A DNA stretch of 64,000 nucleotides from a bacterium (GTDB lineage Bacteria; UBA8248). Both the position numbers and the translations under genes were made by a program. Below are positions 9,459 through 19,317 of this stretch, piece by piece. A model generated the notes under the pieces. The model saw nothing but the letters and a program-made list of their open reading frames with translations. It searched no databases and was not told where the DNA came from. The stretch spans positions 416,001 to 480,000 of the forward strand of contig CBDBZU010000004.1 in NCBI GenBank assembly GCA_965213625.1, read 5' to 3'. How positions within the stretch are numbered: the stretch's first letter is position 1; every line of letters starts with the position of its first letter.

Positions 9459-11132
9459 TTAAACCCCAATGAGCGGCTTCGCGACCTCCCGCGCCTGGTC
9501 CAGATTCTCGAGGACCCGCTCATCCGGCACCTCGCGCAGTACGTCGAGCGCATCGAGGGTCTCGGCAACGTCGTCTGTAAGCCCGATAACGATGGATTCG
9601 GTCTCCTCGTCGGTGGCGACGTCGATGAGTTGCTTGATGACCATGGCGGCGCTGTCGTCGATGTAGGTGGCGTCCGTGAAATTGAAGATGACGACCTCGT
9701 GGTCCTTGATGTCCAGGCTTATCGTCCGGACCAGCTTCTTCGAAGACGCGACGGTGAAGCTCCCCCGGAGCGCCACCATGCCGACGCGCGCCTCGAACGG
9801 ATCGACTCCCTCTACCTCTTCTCCCTCGTAGAGGAACATCTGGTCCAGAAGCGGCACGGAGACCACGCTGTCGAGCTCCAGGTTTTCGAGCTGTCCCGCG
9901 TGGGCGAGGCCCGCGACGATGAGTCCTATCGCCACGGCGCTTATCAGGTCGACGAACACCGTGAGCAACAGCGTCGTCAGCAGGACGAACAGATGTTCGC
10001 GCTTGATGCGGTGGAGGCGGGTGAGCAGGCCCCAGTCGATTATGTCCCAGCCCACCTTGATCAGAACGCCCGCGAGGGCCGCGAGCGGAATCGATTCCAC
10101 ATACGGCCCCAGACCCAGCAAAATCGCCAGCAGGAACACCGCGAATATCGCGCCCGCCGCCCGGGTCCGTCCGCCGGAGCGGATGTTGGGCACGGTGTAG
10201 ACCGGTGTGCCTGCGCCGGGCAGTCCGCCGATGAGGCCCGCCGCCGCGTTGCCCACGCCCTGGCCGATGAGTTCGCGGTCCGGGTCGTGGCTCGTGCGGG
10301 TCATCGAGTCGGCCACCAGGCAGGTGAGAAGGCTCACCACCGATCCGATCAGGGCGAGGATGAGCGCTGGCTCCACAGCGTGCGCCAGAAAACCCAGGGA
10401 GGGCAGGCCCAGTTGCAGCCCCGGCAGGCCGGTCGGCACCTCCCCGATGACGGGCGCATCGTGCAGCCACACCACGCCTATGAACGTGCCCGCGAAAAGT
10501 CCCACGAGGGGCGTGGGCAGAATTTTCCGCAAACGCGACGGCCAGAAGACGGCAACGCCGAGCGTGACGACGCCTACCCCTAAGGCGCTCAGGTTGATGT
10601 TCGCCAGAGTCTCAGGCAGCGCGAGTATCATCCCCACCGCGCCGCCGGGTACGGGGTCGGAACCAAAAAAGGGCAGGACCTGAATCGCCATCACGAGGAC
10701 GCCGATGCCGGACATGAAGCCCGAGACGACCACATAGGGCGTGTAGGCCACGAAGCGGCCTAGCTTCAACACGCCGAGGAGCGCTTGTAAGAGACCGCCC
10801 AGCACGACCACCGTCAGGGCTTCGGTGAGATCTTTCGCATACGTGGTGATGATGACCGCCATCACGATGGCCATCGGCGCCGTGGGGCCGGATATCTGGG
10901 TCGCCGTTCCGCCGAAGACGGCCGCGAAAAAGCCCACAGCTATCGCGCCGTAGAGCCCCGCTGCAGCCCCCATACCGGATGCGACGCCGTAGGCCAGCGA
11001 AAGCGGCAAAGCCACCACCATGGCGGTGACGCCGCCGAAAAGGTCTCCGCGAAGCGTATCGAAATCGTATTTCACGCGCTGATGCCCTTTCGCGTATTTC
11101 ATCGCCGAGTATGCGTTCGGGCGTTCACTCAA
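9459..11132 (-). CDS. SulP-family inorganic anion transporter (BicA-like) with STAS domain
   Basis: GLYGAIAVGFFAAVFGG, ISGPTAPM, ELIGQG, C-terminal STAS (YIDDSAA). Confidence 0.92.
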   Translation of the reverse strand: MSERPNAYSAMKYAKGHQRVKYDFDTLRGDLFGGVTAMVVALPLSLAYGVASGMGAAAGLYGAIAVGFFAAVFGGTATQISGPTAPMAIVMAVIITTYAKDLTEALTVVVLGGLLQALLGVLKLGRFVAYTPYVVVSGFMSGIGVLVMAIQVLPFFGSDPVPGGAVGMILALPETLANINLSALGVGVVTLGVAVFWPSRLRKILPTPLVGLFAGTFIGVVWLHDAPVIGEVPTGLPGLQLGLPSLGFLAHAVEPALILALIGSVVSLLTCLVADSMTRTSHDPDRELIGQGVGNAAAGLIGGLPGAGTPVYTVPNIRSGGRTRAAGAIFAVFLLAILLGLGPYVESIPLAALAGVLIKVGWDIIDWGLLTRLHRIKREHLFVLLTTLLLTVFVDLISAVAIGLIVAGLAHAGQLENLELDSVVSVPLLDQMFLYEGEEVEGVDPFEARVGMVALRGSFTVASSKKLVRTISLDIKDHEVVIFNFTDATYIDDSAAMVIKQLIDVATDEETESIVIGLTDDVAETLDALDVLREVPDERVLENLDQAREVAKPLIGV

Positions 11133-11166
11133 AGCATATCACACCCTTGGCGAATCGTGGGTGGGC

Positions 11167-11482
11167 GCGGGATTGTTGAAGAACCCCCTCGATGCGGGAA
11201 AACCACCGTCATTCCGGCGAAAGCCGGAATCCATTTTATGGTTTTTGCTTTCGTTTTCGCATTTGATTCCGACTTGCGGGAGGTCAAACGCGACCGAATC
11301 CCGAACAGATGAGTCGGATATATGGATATATATGGCGGCGTCCGTATCTTCCCTGGCCGGGAGCGAGGACCTCCGGGCGAAAGCCCAAAGACAAAGGCGA
11401 AAATGGATTCCGGCTTTCGCCGGAATGACGAGCAAAGGCGGTGGTCAATACCGAGCGAGGAGAGCTTTTTCAACGACCCCGC
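11167..11482. mobile_element. MITE-like element enclosing a family C inverted repeat pair (11207-11430)
   Basis: Left GCGGGATTGTTGAAGAACC, right GAGCTTTTTCAACGACCCCGC; inner GTCATTCCGGCGAAAGCCGGAATCCA ... TGGATTCCGGCTTTCGCCGGAATGAC. Confidence 0.5.
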
Positions 11483-11581
11483 TCCTGCGACTTCGTTGCT
11501 TCCACTTCCCCGCGCGCGTCGTTTAATGGTATGAATGGCGCGGTTTCATTTGTTCGACCATTCCCCCACCCTGGAATCCGC

Positions 11582-12766
11582 ATGAGCACACGCACCAACA
11601 TCCTCATCATCGCGTCGAGCCATTCGGTGAACTCGCTCTACAACCGGATACTGACGCCCATCCTACCGCTCATCATGGCGGATTTCGGGCTGAACTACGC
11701 GCAGACGGGCCTCATCGCCTCCGTCTACGCCCTATCGAGCAGCCTGTTTCAGCTGCCCATCTCCTTTCTGGGGGATTTCACCGGAAGAACCCGACTCATT
11801 CTGGGCTTCTCCCTCCTGTTCAACGCCCTGCCCGCCTGGTTCTACGGCTATTCGAGCACCTACGCGGCGCTCCTCACCTTCGTCTTCCTGAGCGGGCTGG
11901 GCTGTTCGGCCTATCACCCCGCGGCGGTCTCGATGATCGCCGCAGAAAGCCCCAAAAACCGCGGCCTCGCCATGGGGCTTTTCAAGGCGGGGGGCGATTT
12001 CGGCAGCATCCTCACACCTGTAGCCATGGGCTGGCTCACGGTCTATCTCGCGAGCTGGCGCGCCGCGGCGCAGTATTTCGTGCTGCCGGGCATCGCGTGC
12101 GCGCTCCTCATCTGGCTGCGGTTTCAGGACGTGCCCAGCGAGCGGAAGTCGATGGCCAAGGAGGCCAAGTCGACTTTCAGCGAGCTTCTGGGCGATAAAT
12201 TCATGATCCTGATGACGCTGCTCTCCTCCTGCCGGGTGATGGGCTTGAGGGGCATCATGACCTTCCTGCCCCTGCTGCTGGCTGAGGGGCTGGGGCTGGG
12301 CACCATCGAGGTGGGCTGGGCCATCACGGCCTATTTCCTCGTCGGCACGGTCTTCGCCGTGATATGGGGGAAATACACCGACCCCAGGAAAGAGACGCGC
12401 GTCATCCTATTCATGATGGCGACGAGCGCACTCTCCCTCGCATTCCTGTCGCAAGCCGAATCCGTAGTCATCTTCTTCGGCCTGCTCGCGCTCCTGGGCG
12501 CGTGCCTGAACCCCTCCCAGAGCCTCATGCTCACCCTCACCACAGGCGTGGTTCGCGAGAAAAACCGCACCAGCGCCATCGGCCTCATGTACACGGCGAA
12601 CGAGGCGGCCTCGGTCATGTCGCCCTTCCTGGGGGGGCTCATCGCCCAGGCGGTGGGCTTGAGGCAATCGTTCCTCTTCTATTCCCTGCTCTGCCTCATC
12701 GCCACGAGCCTCGCCTGGCTCATTCACACCGAGCAGAAAAGACGCGCGCGCGTGAGCGCCGCCTGA
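11582..12766 (+). CDS. MFS transporter (Fsr-like)
   Basis: About 12 TM helices, GLGCSAYHPAA, NRGLAMGLF...GG motifs; ATG 11582. Confidence 0.88.
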   Translation: MSTRTNILIIASSHSVNSLYNRILTPILPLIMADFGLNYAQTGLIASVYALSSSLFQLPISFLGDFTGRTRLILGFSLLFNALPAWFYGYSSTYAALLTFVFLSGLGCSAYHPAAVSMIAAESPKNRGLAMGLFKAGGDFGSILTPVAMGWLTVYLASWRAAAQYFVLPGIACALLIWLRFQDVPSERKSMAKEAKSTFSELLGDKFMILMTLLSSCRVMGLRGIMTFLPLLLAEGLGLGTIEVGWAITAYFLVGTVFAVIWGKYTDPRKETRVILFMMATSALSLAFLSQAESVVIFFGLLALLGACLNPSQSLMLTLTTGVVREKNRTSAIGLMYTANEAASVMSPFLGGLIAQAVGLRQSFLFYSLLCLIATSLAWLIHTEQKRRARVSAA

Positions 12767-12910
12767 AATCTTTACAGGCAAGCGCCCGTTCTGTAGACTG
12801 CAAGAAAAAGGACCCGTTCATCCGAACCGTCAGGCCATTGGTGAAATCTTCGGGAGCGCGAGGACGGAGAAACCAGGGCTTGCTTATCCGCTAATAGGGG
12901 GAAAAGTGGG

Positions 12911-13459
12911 ATGACGAGGTATGAGTCCCTGAGTCTGCTCGCCGCATATTTGAATCTCATCGCCGCATACGGCGGCCTTGCGCTGATTCATCACGGCATC
13001 CGCGTGATGGCGCGGGGCGCGGAGACGCGCGCGGCGACTTCCGAGCGCACGCACAACGAGAGGATGACCGAATCTCAGCGAAAGCACGACGAGTGGATGG
13101 AAGAGTCACGGCGCAGAGATGCCGAATCTGAACGCAGGCATCAACAGGAGTTGGAGGAATCACGACGCAGACATGACGCGGTGATGGAAGAGTCACGGCG
13201 CAGAGACGCCAAATCTGAACGCAGGCATAAGCAGGAGTTGGAAGAATCTCTGCGCAGGCATAATGAGAGAATGTCGGATATTCAGCGCGGGCGGGAGGAA
13301 TCAAAAAGCAGTCACAATGAGAGAATGGCCTCGCTGCGGGCGCTGATAGACAGCCAGGCCGAGGGCCGCAAGGCGTTGCGCGAATCGATTGAAGCGCAAA
13401 CCGAGAGCCGCGAGGCGCTTCGGACGCTGGTAGCGCGCACGAGCGGTGAGTCGGCATGA
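12911..13459 (+). CDS. Hypothetical protein: N-terminal hydrophobic helix plus repetitive charged coiled coil
   Basis: Internal repeats ESRRRH/ESERRH; 87-bp DNA duplication. Confidence 0.65.
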   Translation: MTRYESLSLLAAYLNLIAAYGGLALIHHGIRVMARGAETRAATSERTHNERMTESQRKHDEWMEESRRRDAESERRHQQELEESRRRHDAVMEESRRRDAKSERRHKQELEESLRRHNERMSDIQRGREESKSSHNERMASLRALIDSQAEGRKALRESIEAQTESREALRTLVARTSGESA

Positions 13460-13544
13460 ACGCGCTTAGAATTTTGTTTGAATGTGGAAATACATATCCG
13501 GCGGCTATGACGCGCCACATTTGAATCAGGAGGAGTTCACCAAA

Positions 13545-14453
13545 ATGAACGCGAAAAACACGCTCGATAGTCTGGAAGTGGCGCCGACGGGCGCCGCCTT
13601 GGGGGCCGAGATCAGGGGCGTCGACCTGGCCCAGCCCATGCCCGATGAGGTGAAGCAAGCCCTGCGTGACGCATGGACGGAACACCTCGTTCTCCTGTTC
13701 CGTGATCAGGAGATGACCGAGGAGCAGCACCTCGACGCCACGCGCATCTTCGGCGAGGCCGTGGTGCCCGCCGCCAAGGCGTTTTACGACAAGGCGGGGA
13801 AACAGCAGTCCTGGGCCGCCAAGTATGCGGAAATCACCGTCGTCCACAATCTGGATGATGACGGAAATCCCGTGCAGCAGAACGAAAGCCTGGGATCCGG
13901 CGAGGTCGTCTGGCACAACGACAATTCCTACGCCGAAAAACCGCCCGCGGGCAGCATGCTCTACGGGCGGATGCTGCCGCCGTCGGGCGGGAACACCTGC
14001 TTCAGCAACCAGTACATGGCGTATGAGACCCTGCCCGAGGACGTGAAACAAAAAATCGAGGGCAAGACCGCCGTCCACGATGCGAGCAGAAACTCCGCGG
14101 GCACACTCCGGCCGGGCGTCAAGCTGCCCACCAAACCCTCCGAGGTGCCGGGGCCGCACCATCCCCTCGTGTGCACGCACCCCGAATCAGGCAGAAAAGC
14201 ACTCTATCTCGGTCGCAGGCGGGTCTATCCCTCCCAGTATATCGACGACATGGAAGAACAAGAGAGCGAGGAGCTTCTCGATTTCCTCTGGGAGCACGCA
14301 AGCCGCGACGAACTCGTCTGGGCCCACGTATGGCGGCTCGGCGACGTGCTGCTGTGGGACAACCGCTGCACCATGCACTACCGCGAGCCTCACGCGGGCA
14401 CGCATCCGCGCCTCATGCACCGCACGCAGATCCAGGGCGCGCAGCCAGTGTAG
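13545..14453 (+). CDS. TauD/TfdA-family Fe(II)/2-oxoglutarate dioxygenase
   Basis: LGAEIRGVDL, WHNDNSY (HxD), WDNRCTMHYR; RBS AGGAGG. Confidence 0.92.
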   Translation: MNAKNTLDSLEVAPTGAALGAEIRGVDLAQPMPDEVKQALRDAWTEHLVLLFRDQEMTEEQHLDATRIFGEAVVPAAKAFYDKAGKQQSWAAKYAEITVVHNLDDDGNPVQQNESLGSGEVVWHNDNSYAEKPPAGSMLYGRMLPPSGGNTCFSNQYMAYETLPEDVKQKIEGKTAVHDASRNSAGTLRPGVKLPTKPSEVPGPHHPLVCTHPESGRKALYLGRRRVYPSQYIDDMEEQESEELLDFLWEHASRDELVWAHVWRLGDVLLWDNRCTMHYREPHAGTHPRLMHRTQIQGAQPV

Positions 14454-14484
14454 GTTTCGTGGCGGAAAGTAGGTACGCTCAACT

Positions 14485-14890
14485 GTAGGGACAGGTCGCG
14501 ACCTGTCCCTACTTTTTTGAGGTTCCCCGAGGAGACGTTCATGCCTTTCACTCCTCCCTTGAGGGGACTTTTGAAAAACCCGGCACTTGGACAATGGACA
14601 AACGCGTGCTCCTCGACTTGTATGCCGCCGTATCCGTCTCACCCTGAGTAGCCGCCGAAGGCGGCGTATCGAAGGGCGCTCCCTCGATACGGCGCGCAAA
14701 CGCGCCTACTCGGGATGAGGGAGTGTTGAAATCCTCGGTCGAAATTGATCTCCGGTGTCGGAACCGATTGATGAATGAGGGTTCGACGGAATCCAGTTCC
14801 GATCTGAACGACGATACCATTACTCGGTCGACAAACTAGAACGTAGCGGACAGGCCCCCGTGCCTGTCCGAGGTCGCGACCTGTCCCTAC
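14485..14890. repeat. Cluster of palindromic repeats: family A (14485-14512, 14843-14890), family B (14638-14720), partial family D and TIR-like motifs
   Basis: Direct matches to copies elsewhere in the window. Confidence 0.8.
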
Positions 14891-15088
14891 TTGTTTTCTA
14901 CCCCAAAATCCCCTCTCGTCCCGATATGTGGAACGAATTACCGTCATTCGGACCCCCGCTTCCCTTTTCAGGCTCCGGCCGATTTGATACTCTCCCCAGA
15001 ATCAAAATAACGCGGATCGCTTGGAAGGCCGGGACCCGAACGGGGCGTTTCGGCATCTCCCGTATCCCCCTGCTTCGAGGAACGCACA

Positions 15089-16324
15089 ATGTATCTGAAC
15101 GCAGAGCGCGCGCGCGGGCTGATGGCCGATTTCGGTTTCGACGCCATCATCGCCTCCACGCCCGAGAACGTCACCTATCTCGCGGGCACCGTGGGGTGGT
15201 CGAACAAGGTCTATGCCTATTCCGTCCACATGTTCGCCGTCTTCGCGCGCGACGAAGGCGCGGCCCCCGCCCTCATCGTGCCGGGCCAGGAGGTCACCTA
15301 CGTTTCGGCCCAGCAGTCCTGGATAAAGGACCTCTACACCTTCGGCGGCAAGAGCGCCCTCATCCAGCCGCCAGGATCAGAAGCGCAGACGCCCGAGGAG
15401 GAAACCTACCTCGGCCTCTACAACGACGATCACAAGCGCAGCAAGAATCCCGGCGAGGCCCTTGCGCTCGCCCTCAAAAACCGCGGCCTTACGAAGGCGC
15501 GCCTCGCCCTCGATCAGGAACGCGTGATGCCGAACGTGCGCGCCCAGATAGAGGCGGCCCTGCCGGATGCGGAGATAGTCGACGCGGCGGATTTCTTCCG
15601 ATTGATCCGCATGGTCAAGACGCCGGACGAGATAGCCGCGCTCGCCGCCGCCGCCGAAGTGAACGAGAAGTCGGGAATCGCCGCCTCGAACGCGGTGGCC
15701 GAAGGCGCAACCGAGCGCGAGGTGGCTTCCGTATTCGCGGCGGAAGTGGGGCGCATGGGCGGCAAATGGCAGTGGTTCCACTTCTGCTCGGGCCGCCGGG
15801 CGACGGGCATCTTCCCGCCCACGGACAAGAAGATCGCCAAAGGCGAGATGTGGAAGTTCGACGCCGGCGTCGTCCTGAACAACTACCAGGGGGACACCGG
15901 CTGGGGCGGCGTGCTCGGCGAGCCGACCAAGGCGCAGCTCGATTTGTGGAAGGCGACGGAAGAAGGCTTCGAGGCCGCGATGTCGAAGGTCAAGGCGGGC
16001 GTGCTCGGCTCCACCATTCACCGCACCTTGCTGGAAGCCACGCGCGCGGCGGGGCTGCCCGAGCACAACGGCAACTTCGCCGGACACGCCATCGGACTGG
16101 AGCAACGCGAGGTGCCCTATGTTCTCGCGGAGCCCGCGCCGCAGGGCAGCCCCTTCCTGCCGGATTCAAGCGATTTCCCGCTCGAGGCGGGCACCACGAT
16201 ATGCGTCGAAAACCCCTGCCAGATATTCGGCATGGGCGGAACCCAGATAGAGAAAACCGTCGTCGTCACCGAAACCGGGTATGAGCCCGTCTACCCGCAG
16301 GAGAGAAAACTCTGGGTCGTCTAG
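15089..16324 (+). CDS. M24-family (Xaa-Pro/creatinase-like) metallopeptidase or amidohydrolase
   Basis: RMVKTPDEI, D...YQGDT, GHAIGLE, VENP, QIEKT metal-ligand pattern. Confidence 0.88.
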   Translation: MYLNAERARGLMADFGFDAIIASTPENVTYLAGTVGWSNKVYAYSVHMFAVFARDEGAAPALIVPGQEVTYVSAQQSWIKDLYTFGGKSALIQPPGSEAQTPEEETYLGLYNDDHKRSKNPGEALALALKNRGLTKARLALDQERVMPNVRAQIEAALPDAEIVDAADFFRLIRMVKTPDEIAALAAAAEVNEKSGIAASNAVAEGATEREVASVFAAEVGRMGGKWQWFHFCSGRRATGIFPPTDKKIAKGEMWKFDAGVVLNNYQGDTGWGGVLGEPTKAQLDLWKATEEGFEAAMSKVKAGVLGSTIHRTLLEATRAAGLPEHNGNFAGHAIGLEQREVPYVLAEPAPQGSPFLPDSSDFPLEAGTTICVENPCQIFGMGGTQIEKTVVVTETGYEPVYPQERKLWVV

Positions 16325-16366
16325 ACGATCCGGCAAAAACGATTTCCAACCAGTAAAGGACAGGCC

Positions 16367-17134
16367 ATGTGCGCTACCAGGTTCATCGACTTGAGCACCC
16401 CCATCATGAACGGCTCGAACGAGCCGCGCCCGCCCGAGGTCACCTACCTCGATCATGAGGAGTTCGGCGCGCGCTCGGCCAAGACCTGGGACATCCCGAT
16501 AGAGGAGCTGCACGACGGCGTGGGCGGGGCGGCGGAGTTCGTCACCGTCTCCACCCACTCGGCCACCCACATGGACGCCCCCTGGCACTACGGCCCCACC
16601 GTGGCGGGCGAGCCCTCCCGCAAGATAGACAAGGTGCCGCTCGAATGGTGCTACGGCGACGGCGTGGTGCTGGATTTGCGGCACAAGAAAACAGGCGACT
16701 GGATCAGCGAAGAGGACATCAGGGAGTGTCTCGCCAAGATAGATTACGAGGTCAAGGCTGGCGACATCGTGCTCCTGTGGACGGGCACGGACGAGCACCG
16801 CGACAGCCCCGATTATCCCGAACTCCACCCGGGCATGAGCATCCCGGCGACGGAGTATCTACTCGATCGCGGGGTGCGCGTCATCGCCATCGACGCCTTC
16901 GGCTTCGACAGGCCATTCAGCTTCCAGGTGCCCGAGTTCAAGGCGGGCAAGAGGGAATCCCTCATGCCGTGCCACCACATTCTGGGCAGGCAGCGCGAGT
17001 ATTTCCAGATCGAACAAATCACCAACATCGGCGCGATCCCGAAGCCGCACGGCTTCAAGATCTGCTGTTTCCCGATCAACGTGAAGGACGCGAGCGGCGC
17101 GTGGGTGCGCCCGGTCGCGATAGTGGAAGATTAG
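16367..17134 (+). CDS. Cyclase-family metal-dependent amidohydrolase (kynurenine formamidase/isatin hydrolase-like)
   Basis: THSATHMDAPWH signature, ASGAWVRPVA C-terminus. Confidence 0.9.
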   Translation: MCATRFIDLSTPIMNGSNEPRPPEVTYLDHEEFGARSAKTWDIPIEELHDGVGGAAEFVTVSTHSATHMDAPWHYGPTVAGEPSRKIDKVPLEWCYGDGVVLDLRHKKTGDWISEEDIRECLAKIDYEVKAGDIVLLWTGTDEHRDSPDYPELHPGMSIPATEYLLDRGVRVIAIDAFGFDRPFSFQVPEFKAGKRESLMPCHHILGRQREYFQIEQITNIGAIPKPHGFKICCFPINVKDASGAWVRPVAIVED

Positions 17135-17180
17135 GACGAGAATTTTTGCTGACTCATAATTCCCAAGGAGGAGAACTCTC

Positions 17181-18323
17181 ATGAAAAAGTTTCGACTCGT
17201 AATCGCCGTCGCGGCCCTGTTCGCGTTTCTCGTCGCGGCGCCGGCGCCGTCCGATGCCATGAAGCTCAAGAACATCAAGGTGACGATGGCGAACCCGCTG
17301 TTCAACCCTGGAATTTCCTTTCTGTGGATCGGTAATTTCCTGGGCTACTACCAGGAAAGCGGCGTGGACGCGCAGTTCGTCGCCGCCCAGGGCGGCGCGC
17401 AGGCGATGGGCTGGGTGCTCTCGGGCCGCACGCACGTCGGCCTGCCGAGGCCCATCCCGATTCTCTTCCGCGCCGCGCGCGGCAAGAAGATGCCTCCCGT
17501 CAAGGGCGTCTACATCCTGAACCGGGACGCCATCTACGCCGACGGCGTGGCCGTGCCGCCGGGCAGCAAGATCAAGTCCGTCTGCGACTTGCAGGGAAAG
17601 AAAGTCGGCGTCATGAGCCAGCGCGACTCGGGCCCCATCTTCGTGCGGAAAGCGCTCGAGACCTGCGGCATCCCCGCCGACAAGCAGGAAGTGACGTATC
17701 TTCCCGTCGGGCCCGCCTCCAAAGCCGCCGCCGCTATGAAGCTCGGCCGCGTGGAGGCCTGGGCGAACGTGGACATCCAGTACACACTGGCGAAGGCGGC
17801 CGGGTTCAAGTTCGACATGATCCCCTACCAGAAGGACTGGACGCAGAATCTCTTCGGCAACGTCGTGTGGATCAACACAAAATTCCTGGCGGACAACCGC
17901 GACACCGTGGTGGGCTTTCTGCGCGGTCTGGCCAAGGGCAGCCTGTTCTTCTACACGAACCCCGAAGCCGCGCTTAAAATCCACTGGGTGCTATATCCCG
18001 AATCGAAGCCCAAGGGCATGAGCGACGCGCAGGCCACCGCCCGGATGATCAAGGTGCTCAAGTCGCGCGCGCCCAAGCTGCGCCTGGATGATGAAAAGAT
18101 CAACAAGTTCGGCGCGCATCACGACGGCGAGTGGGCCGAGTACGTGAAGTTCGTGGGTCTGGACAAGAAGTTGACCAAAGAGCAGGTGAAATCGCTGTAC
18201 ACGAACGAGCTGATTGACGAGGTCAACAACTTCGACCGCAACGAGGTCATCAAGCGCGCCAAGAACTTCGACTTCGCCAAGGAGTTGAAGAAATTCAAGG
18301 CGATGATGAAGATGCAGAAGTAA
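17181..18323 (+). CDS. ABC transporter substrate-binding protein (NMT1/SsuA-like)
   Basis: Signal peptide, DLQGKKVGV, LYTNELI; upstream of NitT/TauT-type permease and ATPase. Confidence 0.85.
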   Translation: MKKFRLVIAVAALFAFLVAAPAPSDAMKLKNIKVTMANPLFNPGISFLWIGNFLGYYQESGVDAQFVAAQGGAQAMGWVLSGRTHVGLPRPIPILFRAARGKKMPPVKGVYILNRDAIYADGVAVPPGSKIKSVCDLQGKKVGVMSQRDSGPIFVRKALETCGIPADKQEVTYLPVGPASKAAAAMKLGRVEAWANVDIQYTLAKAAGFKFDMIPYQKDWTQNLFGNVVWINTKFLADNRDTVVGFLRGLAKGSLFFYTNPEAALKIHWVLYPESKPKGMSDAQATARMIKVLKSRAPKLRLDDEKINKFGAHHDGEWAEYVKFVGLDKKLTKEQVKSLYTNELIDEVNNFDRNEVIKRAKNFDFAKELKKFKAMMKMQK

Positions 18324-18335
18324 GAGGCCGGCGAT

Positions 18336-19256
18336 ATGGCGACTACCGAACAGAAGGATGAAACCCCAAAGGCTGCAGGCGGCCCCACGCTTTCGGAGAC
18401 GCTGCTGCAAAGGCCGTATCTGCTCTTCGCCGTCTCCTTCGTGGTGCTGATCATCGTCTGGGAATGGACGGTGACCTACTTCGAGGTGGACGATTTCATC
18501 TTCCCGGCGCCCTCGGGCGTGGCCACGGCGCTTCTGCGCGGGCTGTTCTTCTACGACGTGGGCGGGGAAGTCGAGGGCGCAGCGGACTTCATGGGGCTGA
18601 TGAAGACGAGCTTCTACAACCACATCAGCCACACGCTGTTCGAGGCCGTCATGGGCTTTTTCATGGGCAGCTTCATCGGGCTGGGGCTCGGGCTGGCGTT
18701 CATGCAGTCGAAATGGGTCGAGGCGATCATCATGCCTTACGTGGTCGCGTTCCAGACCCTGCCCAAGCTCGCCATCGCGCCCCTGTTCATCATCTGGTTC
18801 GGCTACGAGGTGAAGTCGAAAATCTTCCTGGCCGGCCTCGTGGCGTTCTTCCCGCTTCTGGTGAACACCATGGTGGGGCTCAAGTCCGCGGCGTCGGACC
18901 AGATAGACCTCATGCGCTCGCTCTCCGCCTCGCGCTGGCAGATGTTCTGGAAGATGCAGTTCCCCAACGCCCTGCCCTTCATCTTCGCGGGCTTCGAGAT
19001 AGCGGTGGTGTTCAGCCTGCTCGGCGCGATTCTCGGCGAGTTCGTGGGTGCGGGCCAGTGCATGTGGGGCGGCCGCGGCCAGTGCGGTCTGGGCATTCTG
19101 CTCATGCAGATGAGCTTCAGCAGCGACACGACGGGCACGTTCGCCATCCTGGTGATCCTCTCGTGCATGGGACTGGGAATGCACCAGGTGGTGCGCTTCG
19201 TGAAGAAGAAAGTGCTCTTCTGGGCGCCTGAGACGGACAAGACGATGGGCGCGTAA
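18336..19256 (+). CDS. ABC transporter permease (NitT/TauT family)
   Basis: QTLPKLAIAPLFIIWFG, FPNALPFIFAG, GAILGEF. Confidence 0.92.
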   Translation: MATTEQKDETPKAAGGPTLSETLLQRPYLLFAVSFVVLIIVWEWTVTYFEVDDFIFPAPSGVATALLRGLFFYDVGGEVEGAADFMGLMKTSFYNHISHTLFEAVMGFFMGSFIGLGLGLAFMQSKWVEAIIMPYVVAFQTLPKLAIAPLFIIWFGYEVKSKIFLAGLVAFFPLLVNTMVGLKSAASDQIDLMRSLSASRWQMFWKMQFPNALPFIFAGFEIAVVFSLLGAILGEFVGAGQCMWGGRGQCGLGILLMQMSFSSDTTGTFAILVILSCMGLGMHQVVRFVKKKVLFWAPETDKTMGA

Positions 19257-19317
19257 GAGACGAACAATCTAAGGAAACTGCCCCCGGCGATTCGTTCGCC
19301 GGGGGTTTCGGAGAAAG

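Noticed and set aside
11082-11534. Short ORFs containing VIPAKAGI/SFRRKPES peptides (also near 62846-63148, 25052 and 55022)
   Set aside because: Translations of palindromic repeat families C and D, with no RBS or protein-like composition
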